Below are positions 12,957-25,300 of a DNA stretch of 64,000 nt, one piece after another. Positions within the stretch are counted from its first letter, which is position 1, and each line of letters starts with the position of its first letter. Origin of the DNA: Balanoglossus misakiensis (Eukaryota; Animalia; Hemichordata); contig CM082590.2 in the NCBI GenBank assembly GCA_040954595.2, positions 2,232,001 to 2,296,000 of the forward strand, written 5' to 3'. The translations under genes and the position numbers were made by a program. The notes beneath the pieces were generated by a model. That model saw only the letters and a list, made by a program, of their open reading frames with translations. It did no database searches and was not told the DNA's origin.

Positions 12957-15900
12957 TCATTCAGGCAATTCTCTGGTTCGTCTCAATATTTTTTCTTTTA
13001 CTAGATCAGTTGTTGGTGGTGGTGGTATTTGAGCCAGATGCATGGATATTCTCCTAGGATCTGTAGTTTCTAGTTCTCTCTTTTTCTTCATTCCTTCTCT
13101 ATCTTGAAGTCTCTTCTGCAGAATATCTTTTATCAGTGGCCTGATGTAGGGATAGGACTTGGCTTCTTTTACTGGAGCGGCGGACCATCTGTTGCTCTTT
13201 TTGTTGAATTTTCTGTGGTACCTTTGATTGAAACGCAGTGATCAAAAACTTAGTTTGTGCAATCATTTTTACTTCACTTACTGTATTGTTTTTATATGCA
13301 ACAATACCACATGCTGTATGCATGCATTTCTTTTTTACCACGATTTTACACCTTTCAATTGTTATTTTGAATTTTGTTTTTAAACTGCTTGTCTTTCACA
13401 GAATGACATTTTGTTTTCTGCAAAAGCTACATTTTAAAAGTGATTACTGTGGTTATATTAAATGTGTTTTGGCATTCATTTACATTTGAAGATTCTGCAA
13501 TAAAGTGTTGTTTGGACTCACATTTCTTGACCATCTTTAGTTTTCCTTGTTTCCCTTTCTAGGTGCGCATTGTGGTCTAAGGCGGCCAAGATATTTCTGG
13601 CCCTGTATGCTGGTGGTGAGTAAGCATACCTCTTGGAAGCGTACATTAGAATGTGTTGTTGGAAAGATTCCAATTCAGCCGTCGATCTGCAGAAGAACAG
13701 ATAATAAAACTTCTGTTCAGTCTATTTGTCTTCAAATTGGGTAAGACTGCTGTCAAAGGCAACCAAGTTCATGGCCACAAAAGCCTGTATATGAGACTTA
13801 CATAAATAAGTATTTGTTGTCATACTACACAATTTGGGTCATGATACCATCTACAGTGACAAAAAAATATTTTACAACCTATAAAACAAGGATTTTGTTT
13901 AGTGACCCTTTTACTTTTAAATGTCAACTACCGGTAACTCATTTCCAAGCTAATATTGACAGGTTTCTCGCAAAAATTAGCATTGATTTTGGCAACAAAA
14001 TGCCACAGGAAATGCCAGAGTATGTATGGCCCTATTTATTGGTGTCTTTTGGCCAAATGACCAATTTTGTTACCTGAAATTCAGAAGATAGTGGATCTTC
14101 TTTAGGAATGCTTTGTCAAACACGACATTTCTCAATGCCAAATGGGCTGCACCGTTTTTCTTTAAGTAGTTCCTTTCAGCGTCCCCAGTATCAGCAAGTG
14201 GTCCATGGTCGCATTCCATGGCATTGCTGTTGCCATAGTTCACATGCCATGTGTGTTCATCTACCACGTGATGTATAACACCACCCCAAATCTCCTGCAC
14301 AACAACATACAGTCTCTATATCACGATTTTTGATTATATCAGTAAAGTTTACAATCCCATAAATCACTATTGCAATAACATGAACTATGACATGTTCAAT
14401 GCACAGCAAAACAGCAGCAACCAATCCAATTGAATGTTAAAACATGTCTCAATATTTATTATCAAATATTAATTTTTAAGATTACCCTAAGAAGTCTCTA
14501 TAGTATCACACATTTTAACATCTAGGCTAGCTGATGATAAGTAATACTTACCAGAAACTTGTCCATATCTGATGCTTTTTGACAACAATACCAAAAGTGG
14601 TTCACAATGTGGGTCACCCATTTCAGCAGTGGTTTGCACTCTTTGTTTTGTGCAGCCTTAAAAAAACACAGAATACACTCATGATTGTGATGTCCGGGGA
14701 GGGGTTATTGACAGTCGACAACGACGGAGTTCCACAGAAGTGATGTTTATTGAATGACAACCACGCGGGAACTAACAGTTACAGGAAATCACGTATACAG
14801 ACCATGTGACAATCACGTGATCATGACAATACTATCACATCTCCTCAACTTTAGAAGAAAACTTGTACTTTAAGTTTACAACTCGCTTTGGAAAGTATGA
14901 AATTTGCCAACACTGTCAAATTGTAATGCTTTGTGAATGATCATGTTCTAACAAACGAAAACAAACAGAACCTTAACCTTAACAAGAACTTGAGAACTTC
15001 ATAACTAGGAAAATACAAATCTCCAAGAGAAAATTTGCTCTACAGAAACTCATTCCATAATGTTTGTGTACAGTCTTATGTCAATATAATCTATCCTTCT
15101 GGCATGCAATAGTCTTTGTGCCAAGGAGGTTTAGATTTTATTCTTGTTGAGCGTCTCACATCAGTACTATTGGGGTTTACATTTGTCTTAGGTGAATTTG
15201 TCACTGGCATTGTTGGAGGAACATTTACAATCGTTTCCAACGATGCTGTACCAGTAGGTGAAACAGGACTAGGACATGCTGGTCCAGTTGATTTCTGACT
15301 AGAACAGACGGGTTATACTGGCAAGTTATCCAGGTTGTTATGTGTAGACAAATCATGGATATGGGGGTTACAGGATGGAACACCATTTTGAACCCTTTGA
15401 GGTTGTTCATATGTCAAATGTTTGGAGTTCCATTCAGTGCCCTGGAAGGAAAATTCTGGATATTCCTCAACATATTTCTTTACATGTCCAGTGGACCTTC
15501 TTTTTACACCTTTGGAGTTTTCCAATACTAACGCACCTCCATCTTTCTGGATGACTTTGTATGGTTCTGTCTCGAAATTGGGAGTGAGTTTGTTTTGCCT
15601 AAATGCTTGCTGGAGCAAAACAGTATCACCTTCCCTGATATCTGAGGAAGTGGCATGTCTCCTGTTGTCGGCATAGAACTTTTGTTTCATTTTCATTCTG
15701 TTGTTTCTTTCTCTCATTTTGATTTGCCAATCAGACTCATTGATTGTTTGGGATGGAATTCTCAGTCTAGGAATTTCGTCCCTAAACTCTCTTCCCATCA
15801 GAGCCATAGCAGGAGATATGCCTGTCACAGTATGGGGTGTATTTCTATATTCAAATAGAAAATGTGTCAAATCTTTGTACCAACTTTTCTTTTGCAATTT

Positions 15901-18900
15901 AGCAATTCGTACAGACTTCAAAATTATTTCATTCAGCCTCTCAACACTTCCATTGCTCTGAGGCCAGTATGGAATGGAATATTCATGATCAATACCTAAG
16001 TAATCAAGGAAACCTTCAAACTCGGCTGAGGTAAAAGGTGGACCATTGTCTGATTTGACACAGTAAGGCAACCCATGTGTAAGAAACATAGCTTCCATGG
16101 CTTTTATGACATGGGCAGCATCTGTTTTCTTTAACAAAACTACTTCAGGCCATCTAGAGTATAAATCAGTTACCACTAGTAATTTCTCACCATCACATAC
16201 ATCCAAAAGATCAACTGCTAAATCGAACCATGGTCCTTCAGGTAACTGTGTGGGTAATAATGGCTCTGGGTTTGGCCTGGCACTGACCAATTGACATGGA
16301 TGACAGGATCGTATCAGTTTTTCCACATCCCTGTCCATTCCTGGCCACCAAACTCTGTCACGTAAACGAGCCTTTGTCCTCACAATTCCCTGATGACCCT
16401 GGTGTGCAATTTTCAAGATTTTTCTTTGCAAAACTTGAGGAACAACCAATCTGTTACCACGCATGATCAATCTGCCATACAACCATAATTCGTCTTTCAC
16501 ATGCCAATAGGGTGAAGACTTCAATTTTGACCAATTTGCAGAGGTAATACACTTTTCAACCAATTGCAAGCTCTGGTCTTTTGCAGATTCTCTCTCAATA
16601 TCACGTGGGGTGATAGCAGATGGCATAGCCTCTAAAACAACACTACATGCAAAATCTTCAGTCTCTCTACAATAGTTGTCAGATGGTTCGTCCACGGGCA
16701 ATCTACTCAACATGTCCGCATAATTATTCTTTCCCTTGATATGGGTGATATGATAATCAAATTGTTGCATATATAACAGCCATCTCTCAATTCTAGCTGA
16801 AGGGGGCCTGGAGTTAGGGCTGAATACTTTCAATAAAGGCTTATGGTCAGTTCTGACCTCAAAATGACTGCCTAGCAGAAACTGCTGAAGTTTCTCACAT
16901 GCCCATTTAACTCCAAGCGCCTCTCGCTCAAACTGAGAGTACCTTGACTCAACATGTGTAAGCTTTCTGCTAACATAGTACACTGGTTGATATGAACCAT
17001 TACTTTGCATTTGTTCAAGGATTGCTCCAACACCAACGGGCGATGCATCAGAAGTGACTCGAGTTTTAGCACCCTGCTTGAAATAAGCCATGAATGGACT
17101 TGTGGTCAATTTATGTTTGATGAGATTGAATACTTTCTCATGCTTGGGAAGCCATTTCCACTTTGCATCTTTGCGAGTCAAATCCCACAGTGGGCTTGTC
17201 ACTGTTGCAAATTTATCGACATATTTTGAGCAAAATTGAGCCAGCCCCAAGAAACTTCTCAATTCTGATTTGTCAGTTGGCGTTCGAGCTTTTACAATAG
17301 CTTTGACCTTCTCATCAGTGAGTTTCATACCCTTGGCCGTCATCAAGTGACCCATGAATATCATACTGTCTCCTAGCTTACATTTTGTAAAGTTCAGCGT
17401 TAAACCATGCTCACTAAAACGCTTGATCACTTTCCCAACTCTGGCATGCAGCTGCTCATAATTTTCAGCTACTACTCTAATATCATCATGCATGTTGTGG
17501 GCACCCTCACAGCCCTTCAAAACCTGGCTAATTAGATTTTGAAACTTTTCAGTCGCCATGTTCACACCAAAAACTAAACGCTTGTAGCGATACAAAGAGT
17601 TGGGCCCTGAAAAGGTTGTAATATCCCTGCTCTTTTCATCGAGCTCAATTTGATGGAAAGCCATATTCATATCAAGCTTGCAAAATACCTTGGCCCCTGA
17701 AATTTCCTCTAGCGTTTCATCCATGGTGGGAACAGGGTGTCTTTCCCTAACAATGGCTTGATTTGCTTTTCTCATGTCCAGACATAGTCTGATATCCCCA
17801 TCAGGCTTTTGTACTGTTACAAGGGGGTTGACCCAAGAGGTCGGACCCGAAACCTTCTCTATTACTCCCAGCTTTTGAAGCTCGTTGAGTTTTTTCAACA
17901 ACTTTAGCACGGCGGTTGAAAGGAATTCGCCGGTACTGGGCTATGGGTTTGACACTCTCATCAATATGCAAATGGAGCTTGTAGCCCTTTAACTTACCCA
18001 ACCCATTAAATACCTCAGGATATTTCCTCCGCAATTCTGCAAGAATTGGCGAAGAATTATCAGCAGATATTGAATTTATCGTGTACAGATTCACATTTCC
18101 AACTCTCAACATATCTAAATTCTCAGAAGTACTCCGACTCAACAAAATCGGTTGATCAGCCTTGATCACTATAAAATCAGCAATACATTTCTTTTTAGTA
18201 GGCGCTTCAACATGTAAGGCACATTTACCCAATATATCTAAAGGTTTACTAGAACCATAGGTAAACACTTTATTGTTACAATTTCGAACTTTCACACCAC
18301 GCTTTTCAGCAAGTCTGCGAAATTGTCTTTCACCAATGAGATTACATGTAGCACCACTGTCGATGATAACCGGCACGTGTTGATTCTCGATCTGAATACC
18401 TGTATCAGTGAGGTCCTTCCCACTGGAAGCACGGAAAGCAGCATTGAAAGCATAGTACGCTTTCTCCTCGTCAGTCTCGACGTCTGCATGGCCACCATCG
18501 GCGTTTGCATCAGTAGTCGTCTGAGCTACCTTGTGTGTACCGCGACCATCACCACGCGTACGGCCACGTCCACGTGCGCTGCGGTTACCACCACTGCCTC
18601 GACTGTTGCCATTTTCACTGTCTTTAGACGGACAGTCTTCCCACTTAGCACGACAGTCTGCAGCTCTGTGTCCCGGTTTTTGACATCGGAAACACCGGTC
18701 GGATTTTTGTTCGGCATTGCGAGAACTACCACTTGTACTGGCGCGACATTCACGTTGCATGTGACCTTTCCTTCCACAACGGAAACAGGCTAAGTCCGCC
18801 ATTTTGTTTTTGGCGCGCGTACGTTTACCGCCAATATTGACTGCATTTGCACTCACAGCTTGAGTACCAGACACCAAAACTAGTGCATCTTTGTCGTGAT

Positions 18901-21900
18901 ACGACCGTATGATTTGTAGTAGTTTGGTAGTGTCCAAATTCTTTTCACGATACAGCTTGCTTTTTAGCACCTTGTTGCTGATGTAGAGCAAGACACGATC
19001 TCTTATCTGGTTGTCTTTTTCCGTCTCGGGAAAATCACAGTCTTTCAGTAGGTTCTTGAGACGTATTACGTAGCTGTCGACCGTCTCCCCGGACGTGGGA
19101 GTTGCGCTGTAAAACTTCTGTCTCGCCATAGGAACGTTTTTCTGCAGTTGAAAGTGTTTATCCAAACATGCTATCAACGTTGCGCAGTTTGTGACGTCAC
19201 CAGTTTCATCTTCAGATTTAGTGCTAACAATGTCTCTGATGCCCGCTCCAGCCATGTGCAAAAGTAAGGCACGCTTCTGCGCATTATTTGAAACACCAGA
19301 AGCTGCTACGAACAGTTCAAATTCCTGAAGCCAACGCTCCCACCTTTGCTGAAGAGCCTCCGGTTCGCCTTCACAGTCGAATCCCGCCACTCCTGGCAGT
19401 CCGGACAGCGTTACGGGTGTAGACATTTTCATGCACTCAAATCACGGCTAAAAAGTCACCAAATCTCGTAAAGGTTGCTTGCGTATGTTCTTCGATAGTT
19501 AATTTAGACAACTAAATCCTCGTCGCCATTTATGTGATGTCCGGGGAGGGGTTATTGACAGTCGACAACGACGGAGTTCCACAGAAGTGATGTTTATTGA
19601 ATGACAACCACGCGGGAACTAACAGTTACAGGAAATCACGTATACAGACCATGTGACAATCACGTGATCATGACAATACTATCACAATGATCTGATATAA
19701 ACTGATGGTTCATAACTATTCACCATAGACCTGAACTTGTTTGTGACATTTACTGATGCAAATAACAACTGCACAATTTGAATATTGCCATAACTATTTT
19801 CAAAGGTAGTTTGACACCCACCCCACCCAAAATGATAGAAGGATCAGTTAGTAACATTCTATACCCTTACATTTTTATGTGTCAGTGTCACACATATTTA
19901 GAAGATAAATGAAAACTGAATACAAGAATAAAAGTTTGTCTAACCTTTATGATCTTCTTTGACAAGTTCTTGGCAGCATGCCAAATGTCATGAGAATGTT
20001 TTATGTCTGGGTGATCGTCTCCTATAAGAGTGGGTAAATGTGATTACAAATGGAGTTTCAAAATGACAGTGTTATGATTGCCAAATACATTATCTCAGAA
20101 AAACAAAATCAACATTGACCTGTATAACAGCTTTGCTTTTGGCATTTCAAAGCAACATATAACCCAAGTTAAGATGGGTCCCTAGGATCTTTTTGCTCGT
20201 TGCTATGGGCCTTTATAGGACACTACACTCAATTTTGATCGAAACCGTTATGAACGTCCGACAAGGGGCTTGTAACTAGTTAAAAATACGCACGATTGTG
20301 TGCACACCCCCTGTCCGAGTATGGTTACGGCAGCTACCGCCCGGCCATAGGCCGCCACGCTAATACGGCAAAGCAGCAGTCACCGATAGCGTGCGCGTCC
20401 TGTAACCACAGTAACTGGATCGAACGCTAAAAATCCAATGTTTTGTACACAGAGATTTTGTACCGTTCACGAAAATCCCTAAGGCTTTTTTCATAGGCGA
20501 CGTAGGCCAGCCAAATTTGACCTGCTTGTTGAGAACGCACTTCCGCATAGTGTGACGGATCGTTTTTTCGGTTTTCGTCGTGCTAAGAAGCGATACCGGT
20601 GGAAGAGTGCGTCCAAAAACACCCACAATCGATGACTTTTTCAGGTGTGGTACGGGTATGCTGAAATCGTAGGATACAACGATAATATTCGAAAACAAAA
20701 TCCGTCACGATCTTCCCTGGTTCAAGCAACTAATGAATACGTATCAAGTTCGTTTTTGAGGTCACGGAATAAAAAGCCTTAGGCTTTTGAAATTTGACCT
20801 AGCTAATTTGCATATCAATGGCGTCAGGGGGCGCGCGCTCACAATCGTGCAGATTTTCAACTAGTTACCAGCCCCTTGTTAGACTCTGAAAACGGCTTAG
20901 TCCAAATCGGGGTGTAATGTCCTATAAAGGCCCATAGCAACGGGCAAAAAGATCCTAGGGACCCATCTTAAAATCATAAAATTACACTTACTCATCAGAG
21001 CTGTAATCTGCATGTGGGCATCTGTTACGACTTCTTTGACATTTACACCTTTCTCCTGAAGCTGGTTTAGACTTTTAACAAGGCAGGCCTTTTCCATGTT
21101 TGTTGACTTCTTCTCTGTTTCTCTTTTGTCCATGGTTATTATCGACAGAATTTTCTTGGTGGTTTCCTCCATCACAGTATAGGTGCAATATTGCGCACAA
21201 AAACCCGGGGAATCCATTCGCCCATCACCTGAGACATAATCAAGTAAATATGTCAGTCAAATTATACATAAGTATGCATAAGTGAGAACATTTCCAATTC
21301 AATGATTTTACAATGAGTATGAAATGATGCAAATGAGGAAGTAAATGCCACCAAATAATAACTATTGTATTCTCTTTTCTAAATCAGCAGAATAGAGTGT
21401 GTAAGTATAAACTTTTAGACATAAATTACAAGTGCATTGGCAGACATGTGATGGATAATCAGTGGGGTGAGCCAATCAGATTAGGTGCGTGTCATTAACA
21501 ATGAAGCTAAAAACTTACCCAGTAAAACAAGTTCTTGGCCATCAAATGAATCAATGATGTCTTGTTGTTGTCGTATCCAAAATTCATCAAGACATGGTAT
21601 TAGATAAGCTTTCTGAATTCTATTGTAAGTATTCTGGGAGCAAATTCTGAGTGACAGAATGCTTGCCAAAAAATTAATTTTGGCATAATTATTACCAGAC
21701 AATAGAATGGCAGCTGCTGTGAAGAGATCACCACTATGAAGTCTCCTGTTCAAAATTGGTTGTGAACACCATTCGTACTCAAGGTGACCAGCTGAGCATT
21801 CCTGAAAAAAAAAAGTTTAGAGATTCATGCTTATTTGATCATTTCATGTTGATTTCTCCAAGACACGATAAAACAGATGTTAATACCGATAACTTTGTAA

Positions 21901-22289
21901 TTTCAGTTGACTATTGTTTTTTATTATAAACCTAAAGGAACAATGTGCACCCACATAGGATTATAACTAGAGTTTCCTGTTCATCTAAATAATACTGGCA
22001 TAGTGATTGTCCATACAATGCACACTACAGTTGGTATAGTTTAACAATAATTGTCAAGAATATACCATATTTAGTTCACACTCACCCACTTTAGATATAA
22101 AGCTGAGCCAACAAACTTTGAAGTAGAGGATATCAATCCACTGCAAGACTTCAATGCACAGACTTGCCTAATAGATTTTTTGCCAAGGGCCAGAAGCTGG
22201 TTAAAAAAAAACAGACATGTTGTAGAGTCACCAAGGAGGCTTTCCCCATCTTCTTCTGTGACAACTCTCTGCAGACCCGGTGATGGTGT

Positions 22290-22332
<43 letters not shown>

Positions 22333-25300
22333 CCACCGTCACTTTCAATATCGTCGTCACCAATGGCAGGAACCACCTGCACGCCATTAGTTCTGAGAAA
22401 TGGACAAAAAATCCTAACAATGCTCATGACTTGTCCATCAGAGTTTGTCAGTCAGCTGTTAGTACAAATGTTGTAAGTTGATGTTTCATTCATAAAAGAA
22501 AATTTATCATATATATGAATTTTAGCGTCCAACACTTAGGCTTTTTTTAACCATGAGGATATTTTGCCTTCCATTTGTTGTGTACCCATCCAATAAGGAA
22601 CTTTGATGATAGTGATAAATGCGCACTTACATTATAGAAATATCAAAGCTCGGCTCATAGTCATAATCATCATCGTCACATAGGTTCATGTCTTCCTCTT
22701 TGTCTTCCTCAGAAATATCAATGCTCAACCTGGTAGTAATAAAACCAAGGAATTAATCTGAATAGTGGGACAATGCTGCTCACTAAAAATACATATAGTC
22801 ACTCATAAGCACAAAAAAGAAAGAAAACATTTCCCATGAATTTAAGTACAAGCAAATGTTCTGACACACGTGATGCATGTCATGAAACTGATTTTCCCAA
22901 CAAATTTAAATTTAGTGTAACAGGAGAAAAGAAGCAATCGAAAAGGCTTGCTCAAGCAAGGGATACATGCATGCCGTATATGACAATAGAATAAGGAAAA
23001 CTTACTCAAATGGATTGATGAAAGACTCAGACAAATTTCTTGGAAATCTTACACGGCCGCTGGAGAAAAAAATGACAAAATAGGCACACATGAGACGGCA
23101 ATATGTACTGAACTAATTTACAGCTGTGAACTAAATATAACACACATGAAAATTGAACTCTGAAACAAAGTGACAGGGGCACACAGGGACAGCAGCATCA
23201 CTGCTTATTTTTACAGGTTCCTCTCTATCTTGGTTTCACACAAGTAAATTTAGGGTGCTTGGTAAACATTTGCCATTTTGCTTACTAAGAAATATTTTCA
23301 TGTTGATAGCTACACAGAATAACTTATTCACACAAGCATAAGCAAGGGAGTTAGAAATTAGTACATTTACATGTATGTAAAGCAGTCGCTCCTGCTTTTG
23401 TCCTAAAGCAGGAGATTAATGTTTATCACAAAAGGTACAAAAGAGGGGGGAAAGCCACATTTCACTATAAAAGTTTACCTAACTACAGTTTATCTTCAGA
23501 TTATTAGAATCTCACACTCCCAAGGACCTGGGATCACATTTCTCACAAGAGTTGGGGATTTTCTGTCCCACACGAGCCGCAGGCTCGTGTGGGACAGAAT
23601 ATCCCCGACGAGTGTGAGAAATATGATCCCAGGTCCTTGGTGTGTGAGATTCTTTTTCTCACACGGTCACAAATTAGCCAAGTTCGTTAAAAACATTGAA
23701 TAAATGACTCTGGAATTGTTGTCTGGGGGCACGTTGTAGTCTCTGTGCCTGTAATACACATCGCGCCATTGGATAACATTTAGTGCGCGTAGCGACAGAA
23801 CACTTTGTCAACCAATCAGCACTCACGTCATATACAGCTTTCTATTCAGTGAGATTGTGAGAACAATTTGTTCCCACACTCTGTTCTCACACTCCCAGCG
23901 TACGGGGAGTGTAAGAAAAGATAGTGTCATACCTTTCACTTTGTACTGGCTGTGATGGGCCTTCTGTAGATTCCATAGGTTTCTCTTGTGATGATTCTCC
24001 TATCTCCTGAACATCTATCTCTGCAATTCCAGAGATGGAAGAAACCCTGTACAAAGAAAAAAAAGACTAAAATTTGATACATGACAAACTAGGTCTGCAC
24101 AAACGTTGTAGGTTCCAGTTCCCCCTAATCCCCCAACCAGTAAGCAGTGAAAAACCTATGTTTGCTGGATTAAAACCATAGACGTGAATGTCTTGGTCAA
24201 CACACTGAATAAATTGTATAGGATGATTTTGGTTGTTTATTGGAGGGCAAATGTCAGGTATACTTCGCCATTGTTATGTTGATTATTGTCACCTGAGAGT
24301 TTGAGCAGAGGCTTTTCCTCATACTACAGATTGTGGCTAGAAGCATTGAAATTATCATGTAATGTAAAAAAACAGTGCTTAAACACCTACCTGACTGATG
24401 ATATTTCTGATGCAACTAATTCTTCTAAATTTTTTTCGATATCACAAAGATGGCCATTTCCTGGCGTTGATGTCATAGGAAAAGTTTGGGTGGCTTGTCC
24501 TTGATCATCACGTTGCCTATAAATTTTAAGAAACAAATATATACTTTTAGGTATTCCCATCTATCACACAGATAACTATGTGGAATGCAACATTTCATTG
24601 TTTCATTTCTATAAATTATATTACGGACACAATTACTTTTCATGAGCCATAAAAACATGTCACCTCTTTAAAACAATATACATCATGTATACTGCAAGAG
24701 CCCCATCAAATATGAAAATCTATTGTGTACTATACAAAGCTCAAAGTATCATGATCAAAATTTATTTGGTACCTAGTTTCCATAGACGGTGCAAATACTT
24801 GCAGTGTTTCTTGGCCACTTGGAGATGATGCAGGCCTGGTAAATTCTGCATCTGTTGTTGCTGTAACTTGATGTTCATAATACCTGTCCACACAAATAAT
24901 AAGACACAATGAACCTTTTTTGCCTTTACAATGGCTTGTTTATGTAGCCAATTTCTGTCTTTAGAATGGATTACACACAGCCATAATTTGCCTCAGAGGA
25001 CATGTTACAGACACGTAAGGTGAGAATAAGATAACTACGAGAAAATAGCCAAATTTTTCTTCAGTTCATATACAGCTCAAGAAATGTACACAACTGGCTA
25101 TAACAAAACGGAAGTTGTAGCAGAACAAAGAACAACCAAATTCCGCTATAAGCATATTGTCTCGTATGTTCGATAACAGTAATACATGTAGATTGTCCGG
25201 AGGAAAAAAAAGAAAAAAAAAAAAATTGCAGTACCGTACAATTTATCTCGCATAGTCATACATTGATACAAACGGTCCAGCGTACTACATACAACTGCTG

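Larger units (their letters stand above)
14686..19686 (-). mobile_element. Full-length Ty3/Gypsy LTR retrotransposon (Mag-like), 5001 bp, in transposase intron 10
   Basis: Two identical 154-bp TG...CA LTRs, 5-bp TSD ATGAT (14681-14685 and 19687-19691), PBS, PPT, and domain order gag-PR-RT-RH-IN. Confidence 0.97.

Noticed and set aside
17801-17910. Programmed gag-pol frameshift
   Set aside because: The shift falls after the protease and inside the RT N-terminus at a homopolymer, and needs removal of one base. A mutation or sequencing error is more likely, though this is unproven.
15116-18793. Short ORFs antisense to or overlapping gag-pol
   Set aside because: They are shadows of the real coding strand with no independent motifs.
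20360-20698. 112-aa ORF inside the TTAA element
   Set aside because: No recognisable domain and a non-ATG start; consistent with chance in GC-richer DNA.
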